From: Ylistrum balloti
Lineage: Eukaryota
Assembly (NCBI RefSeq): GCF_031769215.1
Contig: NW_026781965.1
Location: 1,488,001 to 1,552,000, forward strand
Reading direction: 5' to 3'
DNA length: 64,000 nt
The position numbers were made by a program, and so were the translations under genes. The notes under the pieces were generated by a model. The model did no database searches. It was given only the letters and a program-made list of their open reading frames with translations, and was not told the origin of the DNA. Shown piece by piece: positions 25,105-38,339 of this stretch (its first letter is position 1; every line of letters begins with the position of its first letter).

Positions 25105-25347
25105 GAAACCCAACTGGATTGTTCCGTTTCATGTGGCCATGGAATTAATACCACATATATTCTTATACGTGATGATATTCATTACCATATTACGAGGACA
25201 CTAAAACCTATAAATTGAAAGTATATAAGATTCTTAGTACTCACGTGTAAGCCGTTCGAGGTTATAGTCTACGATACACACTGCACGTACCCTGACAGCT
25301 ATCTGTTCGGTGTCCACGTGATTAATATTAGGGACGTGTGCAGAATA

Positions 25348-25815
25348 ACTAGGAATCGCCAGTGAAGAAGGCAAGTAAGTAATACGTTAGTTGCTATGTA
25401 CTGTTAGTTGATGAGTATTTATTTGGTTATTGGAAGGTATAGAAATAATGGAAGGTAGACAGTGTTAAAATACACAATTATAAATATGCATTTTGTGAAT
25501 CAATTCGTATGCCCACAGTCACGAGAATTTCTGAAAACACAAAACGAAAGCAAAGCATTCCAAGAAGACATTAAGAAAGAAACACAGTAGTATTCTTATG
25601 TAAACCGTCTACCGGACTAAAGATATTGACAACTAGGAATCCCTAGTGAAGAACGCCGGTAAGTAATATGTTATTTACTAGTTGCTGAAGGTATTTGTTT
25701 GGTCATTGAAAGGTAAAGAAATAATGGGAGGTAAACAGTTGTAAAAACACACGATGATAAATATTCACTTTGAATGCCCGCAGTCACGACAATTTCTGAA
25801 AACACAAACCGACAG
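25348..25815 (+). repeat. diverged direct duplication, period about 284 bp
   Basis: aactaggaatc...agtgaagaa...GTAAGTAATA...ggaaggta...cagtcacga.aatttctgaaaacacaaa occurs at 25348 and 25631. Confidence 0.8.
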
Positions 25816-26049
25816 AAAATTATTCCAGGAAGAAATTAATGTAAATTTGATAGGTGTTAAAATAACGAGGACGAACACCGGTTCCGGTTCCAGTTGTTTA
25901 TTCGGTTTATCTAATTATAAAGACCCTACAACATAGAACACATAAAGCACATAAGCACGATCCCTTATAATACATGTAACCCATGTGTCCACATGTGGTA
26001 TTTTAATAACCATGTAGCATAGATGCATACTCAGGTATCATTGTAAATG

Positions 26050-26400
26050 TCCTTGTTACTGTTTTGTGAATGTGCACGTGACGTTACTACGTGACATGTT
26101 GTTTACGTCTCATGTATTGTCCAGTGGAATGTGTGGTATGTGGCCGAACTAGTCCGACGTGACATGGACTTCAACGTGAACGCAACTCAGCACTTCTAAC
26201 ACCTGCATTTGTACTGCATGCTAATTGCATTCTCCACACCTGTTTACGTCACTTCCTTTGGTTTTCTTTCTATCTGTCTCTCTCTGTCCTGGCACTCTAC
26301 TGCTGGACGTCAGCGCGAGCGGTCCAGCAAGATCATATATCATACACATATACTATACGTATCACTTCGTATGGTGCGGGGCCAGTGAAGCCTGGTAAGT
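26050..26400 (+). promoter_or_regulatory. candidate promoter and noncoding first exon
   Basis: CpG-richer block, several ACGT/GTGACGT sites, ETS-CRE composite ACGTCACTTCC at 26246-26256, donor CTG|GTAAGT at 26395. Confidence 0.35.
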
Positions 26401-29400
26401 TGACAATGCTGTGGAAGTTGATTGTATCCGGCGCGTTCGTGATTGGTGAGTGTTTGTTTCGAAAGAGGCTTGGAGTCTAAATGTTTGTCTTGTCTTTTCA
26501 GGTTCTTTTTCCCTTCAGAAATAAATCATCGAACAAATTTGAAATCAGAGTGATTTGTATCTATATATATATACCCAAGCACACCCCGGTGACATACATA
26601 TCAATACATTAAATATCACACATAATGTACATTATAGATCATATCACAGCTGTCATTATCTCAAAAGGGAGTTTACTATACACAATGTATATCTACTTGT
26701 AGTATATGGATACAAACGGGTAATACTTTGTAAATATAAAAAAAAAGGAATATAGCGATGCGCTATAGCCACGTACGTTATACATTATTAAACTGCATTT
26801 AATAGAACGTTATGCTACAAACAATATGCAAAGTGAAAACCTACCCCAACAATGGGTCAAGGGTCCTAAAGTAACATAGGGCTCATTAATCACATGAATA
26901 TCATCAGGATCGTAGACGATCAACTGTAATAAAAACAACGCATATATAAGTAATTAAACAGTACGGGTCATTGAGTATTTGTTTTGCATAAAACTACACA
27001 AGATCGACGATATTATTGGCGTACACAATACACGCGGATTTTGATAAATAATTATCAATATCATTACAAATGATGTTACACAAGATATATAACACCATTA
27101 TCGATCTTTCAAAGCAATATATAAAAATATAACTTACAATTTAAGGGACAAACGCCTCAAATGTCGAACGGAGGTTTGAAACGTCCGTACTGGTCAACGT
27201 CCCCTTTGTCCACTAAAAAACCCGCCAAATACAGACAAAGACCAAAGAACGAAAAACGACAATAACTGGACATACGTAGACACACTACGTCACATAGGTG
27301 AACTGGACATATAGACGCAACATATATACATACATCTTAACGATAACAGTCGACGCGAAAATTCAAACAACGCGACGCTAAACAACGGCGGCCAAACTTA
27401 GCTAAAAACCGACCCTATTACATTAAGAAAGAAACACAGTAGTATTCATATGTAATGTATGAAAACCTCTACCGTACTAAGAAATGGATAATTATGATTT
27501 GACAAGATGTATACATAGTGGACTCAATGCCGTCCAGTGGAATGCCATACTATTTACTTGTCACATTAGTTTCCACGGACCCCTTAATAATCGATCAAGG
27601 TAGCAATGCTACGTTGATGAGTTGCAACCAAACAAATATATAAATGTATTGAAATGTGTTCATACTATGAAATGTATCTATTGTTAGTGATCAGTGAAAA
27701 AAAACAGTATTATTCTGAAAGATATCAAAATAAGACCTCAAATTCTCTCACATGAAATGACAGACATGTGTATCGGAATTGTGCCACTTAACCACAGAGA
27801 CGCTGGAGTTAGCCTAACAGTGGCCCAGAAGTGCATAACTTTTACATAAAATCAGCTTTCAGAACGGGAATATCATTTCGATGCAAGATAAATATGACGT
27901 CATAGATTCTTTGCATAGTTACATTGCACTGAGGAGCAGCTAAGCTGTGAAAACGTTACGCAAAATGCTAACTTAACTTTTTCTTGTGTTTGTTTTTTTA
28001 ACAATTTTCTTATATATAAATATATACACATAATCATTTCAGGAAATAGTAGATATCTGTGTCTATATGGGCACCTTTTCTAAAGGGTAAGATTAAAGGA
28101 TTTATTGTTTTATCTTTTTTCATCATTTCTTCCTGAAGATTTTTTTCATATCACAAACTTTTCAAATAAGGTTACTTTCTCATATGCCAGCCTCACTTAC
28201 TGATTCAAACCAGTATGCAGTGTTAAACGTGATCGTTATAAAATCATATTTTTTCTAATAATTCAACCCTATAGCGACAAAGGAAAAAGCGTTAATTTAA
28301 CTGTGTAAGAAAACAATATGTCCAACACGTGGACATCACATTTCCATTACTATATCATTTTACCTCTTTATACAGATTTGAGTTGTACGCAGATTTGAGT
28401 TTTTTTGTGTTGTATTTAAATCACGGAAAGGAGGGTGGGGGTAACGTATGTGGCATCAGGTAAAGGCCATCCGATGTCCTTCAAAACGAGAGGTTTAAAT
28501 TCCCCTAATCTACCTTTATTGCATGGTAGTCATGCTACGGCTATGTTACTTATTGGTGTAGTCACCAGATACAGTCCTCATATCAAGAAATCGCGGGCTT
28601 TCAACAAAAGAAGTTCACCTCCGTTATCTCCCCTTTTTACTGAAAAACATTGGAAACATGGCGTGCGATAGAAGTCTGTCTGAAAACTTCAAGACCAAAA
28701 CGCAACACCTCGATCAAAAGAGAAGGTGTGTCAGTGGGTTCCTACGAGTAAGTACTTTGTAAGTCATGATAATAATTGTTTATTTTGTGGCGAGATAATC
28801 AGGAACACAGATAATTATGATAATTAATTTGGAGACGTGACCGCGGCCGGTGCAGATGCAAAAATCAACCCACTTAGATAACAAATTTTTGCCATTTAGA
28901 GGTTTAAAATATTCCTATAGAATTAGAAAAACAAAACCGGTTGAATTTTATGGAGAAATTCGAGAGAAAACCTGAACGGGTCATATTATGCAGTGTCTGC
29001 TTGAAACCAGATCACAACAAAAAAAAAGTTGTATCCATGAGGGGGGATCAGCATATTAAGTGAATTTGATTGGCTTCAATTCAACATTGTTATCATACAC
29101 TTTAGCCTGTGAGCATTTGTTTACTGAATTGTCTCGAGTCTTACTGTTCACTGTTATATTGGTCTTCGAAGAATTTACTGGCGATCACTTTTGTTTTCAA
29201 ATCAGCAAATAGCTAAGGATTATCATTTTAAAGGGTTTTTTTTATGTTTTTAGTTGTTCCATTGATATATTTTGTTTATTTATTGTTTATTTTGGTGGAC
29301 ATTCCTGTGCCTGTCAAGTTTTTACATCTTGTCTTGTCTGAAGATATTTTTGAACTTCTGCGGTGCTTATTTGATTGATCCTAACTGAGGTTTGTACCTG

Positions 29401-30884
29401 GTTATAGTAAATGTTTAATTGGTCAATACCTGGGGAGTTAATGACCAAAGTGTGTACCTGGTTATAGTAAATGTTAAATTAGCCTGCAATGTATAATGTT
29501 TTCTTAATTGACATGATGTAATGAATTGTGTAATTGTGACAAATGATTAATTTTATACATTAAACTAATTTTCTACAAATAAAATGTCCTGTTTCATCTG
29601 TCGATGCTCTCAAAACGGACTTGTGCAAGTCTATATAAAAGTTAAAAGATATCAGAAAATTTGAAGAACAACAGAATTCACATTTACAGTAGATAAATAT
29701 CGTTTCTTTTACTTCTCAATCACTGAAAATACGAACATGTACAACAACAATACACACACAGATGAATGGTACCTAATCTCGAAGGCATCATATTATGTGT
29801 GGGCACAAAATTGCCTTTACACCGAAAGGTTTTACGGGCAGTTTTTTTGAGAATTACGGAGTTTATTTTCGTGATATGGCCTTGAAACCTGATTGGCTTT
29901 CAAGGAAAAACTTTGGATGATGTCATAACAAGCGTAATAGCTGATTGGACAAGGCAAAACTTAGGGAATCCTTGAAAGTTAACGACGTCATCTCTTTCAT
30001 CACTGGATCGTTACATAGTCTGTTGCAGCGCAGTGATTTGAAGTAAAAAATACGGCATTTTTATTTCAGCTTGCTATCAGTCAGTGTATCAGAGTGAAAG
30101 AGCAGAGTTTCTTTGATGATATTCCGAACGTAATAATATAACTTTAGCTTTCAAGTGGAGGGATTCCGATTAATGCATCTAATCTGATGCCATTTCGCTG
30201 TGGTAGTTGGTGGGCGGGGCTGAGATTCTCCTCCAAGGGCAGCAACTCGTGTTGTATGATGAATATTTGTTGATATGACAAGGAGACCTCACAGTAAAAT
30301 AATCTTGGTTTTTTTTTTTTTTTTTAAGGAGCGATATACCCAACAACAGCAAGTATTGACATATGAGTGAGAAAACGATGAATGTATAAAATTCAAAGTT
30401 ACATATGATGGTCATTTAAATTTGTTCGACAAGAACACTACCAAATACATACTTCTACATTGGTGGTAGTAAATATGTCAGGTTTTGTATAATTAGACCT
30501 ATGCGCATGTACTTGCATTTACAAAGCCACACTTTTCAATAAATGTGTACTGTATATGATGTTGATAAATCCAACACTTTTTAGTAAGTGTATCATATAT
30601 GTATTCCTCTGATAGTGTCAGTGTATATTAATGGCAACACAGTGTTTGTATGTAATCATATTAACAAATTTCTATTTTGAAATGTTCGTCCCATTCCATA
30701 ATCTTCTTTGGACGGTAGATACAGCTTGTTTTAACATTTCCAATGAATTCCGTAAAAAATATAAACCACTTACATTTTATCAATACATATACGCCGTTTC
30801 AAGGTCAGTCAGCTGATAGTACGCAGTTCGTGGGACCTTATAATGTGTACTGCGCTATAGACACAACGAATGATATTCAGTTTC

Positions 30885-31140
30885 TTTTTTATGCCCCCGC
30901 CATTTATGGCCGGGGGCATATAGCGTTGCCCATGTCCGTCCATCCTGTCCCGTCCTGTCCCGTGGGTCGCGTCGCGTCCCAAATCAGTATATACCACCTA
31001 ACAACTTCATTCGGAAGGCAATTTTCATGAAACTTCATACAAATATCAAGTATGGAAAAACCTCATGCAGTGTTGAATTTCTCGGCATTCTAAAAAAAGA
31101 TGGCCACCAGGGGGAGATAACTCAAAAAAGAGGAACATCA
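30885..31140 (+). mobile_element. Helentron-associated nonautonomous element (HINE/DINE-like) 5' end
   Basis: T-run, hairpin TATGCCCCCG (30890-99) with CGGGGGCATA (30911-20), GTCC microsatellite, then catgaaactt and aagatggcc core motifs. Confidence 0.7.
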
Positions 31141-32139
31141 TCTTATTTCTACATAATTTGGTACTTTTGGGTTTTAAGGCATAAGGAACTAATATACTCC
31201 CTCATTTTTTCCAGAGAACAAAATTCCATGTACGTTAAATCAATTCATTGTCAACTTGTCAATTTAAGTATGAAACTTAAAATGTACATAGTTGCATACA
31301 AATTAACAAAATCATCTCTTTCGGACCTTTCACTATTATTTCACATGGGGGAGGCATTCATGTCTTACAGACATTTTCTAGTTATATATCTTGTTTGGTT
31401 TATAGCACAATCATTACTTACATTAAGTAGAAATGTATGAATAGAATCATAAAGAATTGTTTTTAAAACACATATTTGAAAGCACATTAGAAGATAGGTA
31501 TTAGAATTAAAAATGGACTTTTAAAACTGTATTGTGGAAAATGCGGATTCCATACGAGCCTTTCTTACATGCCATTAAATAACATAACACACAAAGCCTA
31601 TGTACGTTCTGAAAGTTCTGAAAGACTGAAGTGGATGAGTCGAAAGTACATATAATTTGAGATTTACATTACCCTTGCCACGCTATTTATTCGTGTCCTT
31701 GATATATCACATGACTAAAATATGCAATGTGTGCATAAAACATCTGGCGTTTGGTAATAATCCTGGTAGGTGAGTAATACTTTCTGAACTATCCATTTAT
31801 TGGTCAATAGAAGAAAACAGACATAAGAACTTTGCAAACAACTGCGTAATGATAAAAGTTGTCTCGTTCCGCGACCCCAAATTGTGCTATCACAATGATT
31901 TCAGAAAACACAAAGTGAAACTAAAGCTTTTCGGGAAAATATCATAACGAATAGTACACCCACTATCAGAGGGAAGAATGTATCATAGATGTTATGTACT
32001 TTGATAGACTATTAAGTACTCAAAAGAACTTATTTTAGAAACAATACTTTTTTCAGATAATATATTTTTAATGGCAACACACTATGACTAATGGTGAATG
32101 TCGATGGCAAGAAACTTCTTTTATTTTCTGAACATTGAA

Positions 32140-32385
32140 ATATATAATTAGATTCTATTAATTTTGTCCAAAAACTAATCATTCTGCTTTTAATTTCGAT
32201 ATCGAGCGGATGTCTACCGAGCTCTTCATATACCATAAAATCAGGAGTAGAGGATCTAAGATGAAGAATCATTTTACAAAACTTTAAATGCACTCTTTCT
32301 ATGACCGTATTATTGGAAAAAAACCATACTTCACAACCATATAATAAAACTGGTGTTACTATCTATTAAGTAAATCCAGTTGACA
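32140..32385 (-). mobile_element. non-LTR retrotransposon (L2/Crack-like) RT C-terminal fragment
   Basis: IVTPVLLYGCEVW...IERVHLKFCKMILHLRSSTPDFMVYEELGRHPL..IKSRMISFW. Confidence 0.8.
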
Positions 32386-32849
32386 CTGTATTGTCAGATT
32401 ATGTGAAAATTGTTTGATGGGATAATGAGTTTTTAGTTTACTCTCTGATGATATTTTCAGTAGTCAGTCCTATTGATAAGGTGTGTTCATACCTGCCATA
32501 ATTATAGCACACCTTTATGTAACAGATAAGTGTTTACCCGGGTAGTACACGGCACACATACCTGTCAGATAAGGTGGACCAGGTTGACCATATACTGACA
32601 TAGCTATGAACTGTTTTTCTAAATCCTACATTTGCTTGTCAAGAATTCAGTTGATTGTTTGTAGCCTTCACAGTGTGAAATTTTTAATTATCAGTTAATT
32701 GTATGATGGTAAGCACTTATCTCTTTTCTATGCCAATGACTAGATCTGACTATCCTCATAGATTTTGAGAATCAATAATTTGCTTGTAATTTTATATATG
32801 ATTTCTGTTCAAAAGATCTGATCATAGTAAAACATCAAGAAAATACGAA

Positions 32850-33800
32850 CATGGCAACATAATTATAATCCAAACTCAGATTCCATAAAACTAGGACAAA
32901 ATATGAACAAAGGAAAGAATTTCCCGGAGACTCCTTAAAAAGTGCAAGTTTTATAAGATCAGGTGTTCCGGAAGAGTAAGTGTCTTCTGCCTTGTCGCAG
33001 ACACTCACTATGTAAGCCTTGGTAGATACAATCAAATGTGAACAAGGTATACAACAACAGAACCAATAGGTGAGTTAATGAGCATCAAACACATCTAGCT
33101 TCACATCACACAAAGAAATAGAATATTTCTCAATGAGATCACTGTGGCGACCATAAAACTTTCCCATAATTTTCATCTACTTGCACCTTTTATACCCTTG
33201 TGTTACAAGTTTCTTGCACGAAAATCGTGATACTGATAACAGGCTCTTGAATGTCGAATCAACTGTGACATGCAAATAGCATAGGTTGGAGATGCAGGCA
33301 TATTGCTTTCCAGAAATGAAACGTTCACGACAGGGAAATTGAAATTACATTTATTATAGAGCTTGATGGAAAGCTGTCAATGCTGGTTTCGTTGTAGAAA
33401 AAGATCGAGATAAGCAGCTGATGTAAGAATCTATTTGAAGATCAATCTATTTGAAAGTAAAATTAAACAACTTTGCAAGATCTTCGTGACCAGTTTGGAT
33501 AAGCTCTTCAATAAATTCAGCCTCGTATGAAAACAAAAACAAGTCAGCCAACAGAGGAGTGCAGTTAGTACCCATAAGTATTTTGACAGTCTTACAACAA
33601 AACTTGAAGGAGATGTTGCCAACCAGAAATTCGATCGTTTTAATGATTTAGTCCTCAGTATATTTTTTCTTTGATTGGATCATACTTTATACGAAATATG
33701 CCTCATCATAGTTCATAACCATATATTTATAATGTCGTCCACCTTTCTTGGAGAGGGAAAGCTCTGATAACAAAAGAACGAATGCATTCCTTCAATTTAG
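32850..33800 (-). mobile_element. degenerate Penelope-like element (RT core to 3' end)
   Basis: With stops and frameshifts: MGTNCTPLLADLFLFSYEAEFIEEL (33575 downward), FNFTFK*ID, IPASPTYAICMSQLIRHSRAC, KFYGRHSDLIEKY, and 3' motif cttactcttccggaacacctgatc. Confidence 0.8.
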
Positions 33801-35074
33801 AAAAGGGTATGGTTGTTGTACAGGGTGGATAAATCAAAAGTTCTTATTTTAGAAATTTTTTTTTTTTTTTTCAGAAAACTATTACCCAGGTTTGATACAT
33901 GTAGTACTTAGAATGGTGATTAGTAGTTTTGACAAAGACTCAGTTGAGCAGCTAGACAAGCTAGCAATAAAACGTTGTTTTATATGGATTCCTGTGAAGT
34001 CTAGCATTCCAATATAATCGGGGGAGGTCCTTATTCTTTTAATAAGCAGTCTAAATGATTGTTATACGGAAGCACAATTAGCTAGTACTTTGTGTTTACA
34101 AGATAAAAATCGTGCTGGAGTTAATAATTCTATTTTGAATAGATCTCTCTCAAATCGCAAACGTATATTCCCTTTGGTATATACTTGTGTCCGTTTTATT
34201 TGGGACTTAAAAAAAATGTTCAAATTTCTTAACATTAAGAGCAAACACAGGGAAGAGGAGAAAAGGTTTCCAAAATACCCAACATTCAAAGAGTAAATGA
34301 TCACTATGATAATGCGACCTTTGTGATTTAGTTCTGATTGTGTTATCTCGATGATTGCAGAAAACACAAAGCGAAACTAAAATATTCCAAGAAACATTGT
34401 AATAGCATGTTACCATTTATATACCAAAGCGTTAAATTGCTTACTATGTCAATAGCAAGAGTATTTTATAATTTCAGAAAAAAAGTAATATATTATCTAA
34501 TAATTGATGCGATAAGTATAAAGGCAATCTGGTTTTTATTTTTCTTTCTTTTTTTAATACAGAATATTCTGTCGGGATCTGTCTTGTACTTACAAATTCC
34601 AGTTTTTTCAATGATGCATGTAAACGTTTTTTCTTCCCTTACCTTTAGGACTACATGTTTAATAATGAGATCACACGACAGAAAAGAAGATATAATTGAC
34701 TCTTAGATATCAAAAACATCTATATCTCAACCATATTGTAACCATTAAGAACAGGCATCCTTCCTTAGCTTTAAACAAAACCATTTCAATTTGAACATGC
34801 GACATGATCCTTATACTGGTCACAAGTTTATCAAGCCAATAGGTATGAAGGAAGACCAGACAAAATCGAAATTTAACAGTTCAAATCTGAAATTGAATCG
34901 AGATCAACTCGATGACACTAGAATGCTCTTTTACAGCTCGTTTTAATATTTTACATTGCAATCATTAAACTAATTGAATGCAAAGATTTCGAAAAATCAA
35001 ATCTTCCCTGTGTAATTCATGATGTGCTTTATTTTTCAGACAATGTCAGTGCCTCAAAGTGTATTTTGAGAGTC

Positions 35075-35132
35075 ATGGCTGAAGCGTCAAGTGGCCATGT
35101 GCCCGATAAACGCTTTGCGGAATCAGGATTCA
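35075..35132 (+). CDS. RNF213: RNF213-like, putative first coding exon (exon starts 35040)
   Basis: Acceptor ttttcag at 35039, ATG 35075 MAEASSGHVPDKRFAESGF, donor GTAAGT phase 1; frame is also open back to the acceptor. Confidence 0.55.
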
Positions 35133-35632
35133 GTAAGTGAAATGATATATTGATTCGTTCTAAAGAACCTCAATTTTATTGTGTTCTCTGTTTATCCTGT
35201 CTAATATATTCCGCTCAAAATAACTTTCCAGTCTATTTTTGAATGTTCAATTCTTTTTGTTTGTATTTGACGATTATCAAAAACATGTTGCTCTTTACTT
35301 CTATGATCATTCTTGTCTGCAAATTTTCTTCTCTCAGTTACCCATACCGCTCTGTAAACAGACTTTATCATTATCCGATATTTATGTGCATTTTAAAGAG
35401 CAGTTTGATTTTACAAATTTGCAAATCTAGAAAGTTTTATCTTTTTCTCTTCAATTTGATTGAATAATGTATGTATAATTGGTATGAGACAAGCTTATAT
35501 GTTTTCCATGTAATCCTGTTTACCTTAGAACATAGTACAGCACATTATCCAAACTTTAATATTGACATTGATGTGTACTTGGTCAACAAAAACAACAGGA
35601 AATTAATTTCTAAAATTTACTTTCATTTCAAG

Positions 35633-36032
35633 GTGTACCTGTACAGGTTTGCCCATACACTACCGGTAAGAAAGGCAAAATTATTTACGATAAGGATCTC
35701 GCGAAAAGATTATGGGCAAATATTCACCCTCCTGATTTTCAAGAGTTTTTGAATCAAAGCGGACGAAATTTTGATATCAGTGAAATTGTCTACCACCCTG
35801 GAGAACTTGAAGTTAACATCATTTTCAACATACGTGACAAGGAGGCATGGTATACATTCAAAACTCACTTCCACAACGACTTATGCAAAAATATAAATGC
35901 ATATCTAGACAAAAACAAAAGAAAAATTCTTGCAACATTCACTGGTTGGTTTAAAGATAATTCAAACGTGCAGTACAAAATCAACATGTCTGATAAACAG
36001 AAGACAACAAAACTAGCTGAACGATTCTTTGG
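35633..36032 (+). CDS. RNF213: RNF213-like N-terminal exon, unidentified domain
   Basis: tttcatttcaag acceptor phase 1, 400 bp open (VPVQVCPYTTGKKGK...LAERFFG), donor GTAAGT phase 2. Confidence 0.65.
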
Positions 36033-36254
36033 GTAAGTGTATCTAAGCATGCGTGGTTTCTATTTACTATTACAAAACATATAAACATATACTCAAGTGA
36101 TGAATGTATGTTACATTAAATCAAATTTATGATAATAGTATTTACACATGAAGTGTGAAAAGAACATTTATATATCACATTGATATATAATCATCTTGCA
36201 AGATCTCAACATAGTATATGAATAACACAACTTACTTACTTGGATTGACCAATG

Positions 36255-36345
36255 TTTACATGGCGGGTGTGTTTGATGAAGTAGATGACGCTTACTCCTC
36301 CAGAACACCTGGTCTTATTCTCCTTATACTATTCCGGGAGTGTCT
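36255..36345 (+). mobile_element. short PLE-type 3' terminal fragment
   Basis: gacgcttactcctccagaacacctggtc resembles the minus-strand motif near 32960-32990. Confidence 0.45.
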
Positions 36346-36668
36346 GTGTATATTTTTTTGATTATATATTTGTCCTAATTGCATTGAATTTCAGTTTGAA
36401 TAATTATTATTTTGCCATGTTGGTACTTTCTTTTTCTAAATACAAACATTTCATTTATTTTGATTTTGTTTTGTGTTTCTGTGTCATTTTTGAAAATTTA
36501 GATATGAATGAAGGAGTCTTGGGCAAGACTCTTGGTACATGTACACATTGGTTCTGAGGAGATACCAAGTCGCAAGATTATCTAGTATGAGAAAAGAAGA
36601 TGTTTTTACTGTTTAGTTAACAATGAAAATTTCACAATTCATAATGTATCTACCATGATTTTTTACAG

Positions 36669-36720
36669 AGACTATCAAAGCTCAGATCAAATCAACAAAG
36701 AACAGAATTCGACAGAAAAG
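36669..36720 (+). CDS. RNF213: RNF213-like small exon
   Basis: ttttacag acceptor phase 2, DYQSSDQINKEQNSTEK, donor GTACAT phase 0. Confidence 0.5.
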
Positions 36721-37167
36721 GTACATATTTATCAGTTATTTTTCTATTGTAATCATTCAATGTCTTTATCTATTTATGATTCCTCATGTTAACTTATTGA
36801 AGTAGATTTATTTTTTAAGAATTCATAAGCAATATAATTATTAACACATGAAATAAAATCTTTGATATTCATCTTGTACATGATATACCACTTATCTAAA
36901 TTTGGGATCGCAATATCCCAGTCGATATGGCATCTTCACGCGAAGATTTCAGGCCTTCAGGATATTGTAAAAATGATGTAGCCACCAATAACTCCACATT
37001 GACTATGCATAAAACGAACACTGAATATTGACAGGGCAATAAACTAATTATGGCAAAGACACTAAAGCAAGAGAACATTACCTTCACCATTTATAACACA
37101 GACAATAATTAGAATGAAAATACTGATGTAATATATCTTGTCATTATATCCCCATTTAGTAAATACA

Positions 37168-37640
37168 GTTATCGCTTTAGTCGTGCGGTCAACCGTCCGT
37201 TCGTCCGTCCGAACCTTTGTTTCGTTGGTACCTCATGAACCCAACTATATAAGAAGTTCATATTTACACCTCAAATATTAGCAGAGTCAAAGGTCACACT
37301 AGACCACTTTCGTAATTGCAAATACAAAAACTTTTGTACAAATTATCTCCTCAAATGTTCAATATCCTTTGTTCAAATTAATACCATAGTGTCACAAAAT
37401 CAAGATCTGCACCTGACTATTTCGGGTGATTATTTGTTATGGTTAAATGATCAGAGGTCATTCTCGAAAAACTTTGAAATAAAGATAAAAGCTTGTGCAT
37501 CAGAAATTTCACGAACTCTTTAACATATTTTATTTATATATCATACCAAGTTCTTCACTTTATTATTAGATTTTGGTGATTGTTGGATGAATAGAACTGT
37601 CAAAGGTCACACTTGGACCACTTTTGTGTGTACCCAAAAC
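37168..37640 (+). mobile_element. HINE-like fragment
   Basis: ccgtccgttcgtccgtccg microsatellite followed by repeated tcaaaggtcacact..gaccacttt subunits (37327, 37600). Confidence 0.45.
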
Positions 37641-37654
37641 ATCATGAACCGTTC

Positions 37655-37930
37655 AAAAGAATATGAATTCTTATAACACATCCAATAGAAGACTAGAGTA
37701 TGACGTTTCGATGACTACACGGTTTACTTCATCAGACAAATAACATGTGTGGAATGTACTAGCACTGACGTACGTAGTGTACGAGATGGTACGGAATCGA
37801 CATATTTTTACAACTGTACAGCTAGTACGCTCAACCCTGGTTATTTGTTTGATGAAGGTGACGATAAAGTCATCGAAACGTCACATTTAAATATTCTATT
37901 TGTTGGGTTATAAGCACTTCTATTCTATTG
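37655..37930. repeat. about 90-bp imperfect inverted repeat with hammerhead-ribozyme-like motifs
   Basis: TGACGTTTCGATGACT (37701-16) is the perfect reverse complement of 37868-83; 37727-44 matches 37840-57 at 17/18. Confidence 0.85.
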
Positions 37931-38339
37931 ACATAACCAACCCGAAGAAAATGTTAAAATCAAAAACCCTCAGAAGTTTAAAGTTTTGTTTCATATTATC
38001 ACTAAATTTAAACATAACATCAATTACTACATCTAAATAATGAGGTTTCGGTGGTTCTTGAATGATATCAAAGGTACAAACGCAACATTATTTCTTGAAA
38101 TTTGATTTGTGTTTCATGTTCATTTCCACACTGTGGTTATTTGTGTAGATGTAGATTATGTTGATGACCTTGTTTGTACATTATCATATCTTAATTTCAT
38201 GTTCATGTTGCTTTTTATATACTAAACAAAAAAAGAAAGGTAACACTACTTTATTCTGTGATTAATTAATTAACCCTTTCATAAATCCTTACCAATCATG
38301 TACGAATAAAGTAATTGATCAATTCTGATAAAACTGCAG

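Noticed and set aside
25975-26400. LTR plus primer-binding site interpretation (TGTAAC...TGGTG)
   Set aside because: No CA end adjacent to TGG, no second LTR and no gag/pol; kept only as a candidate promoter.
29394-29480. 60-bp-spaced duplicate tgtacctggttatagtaaatgtt
   Set aside because: Two-copy local slippage with no further structure.
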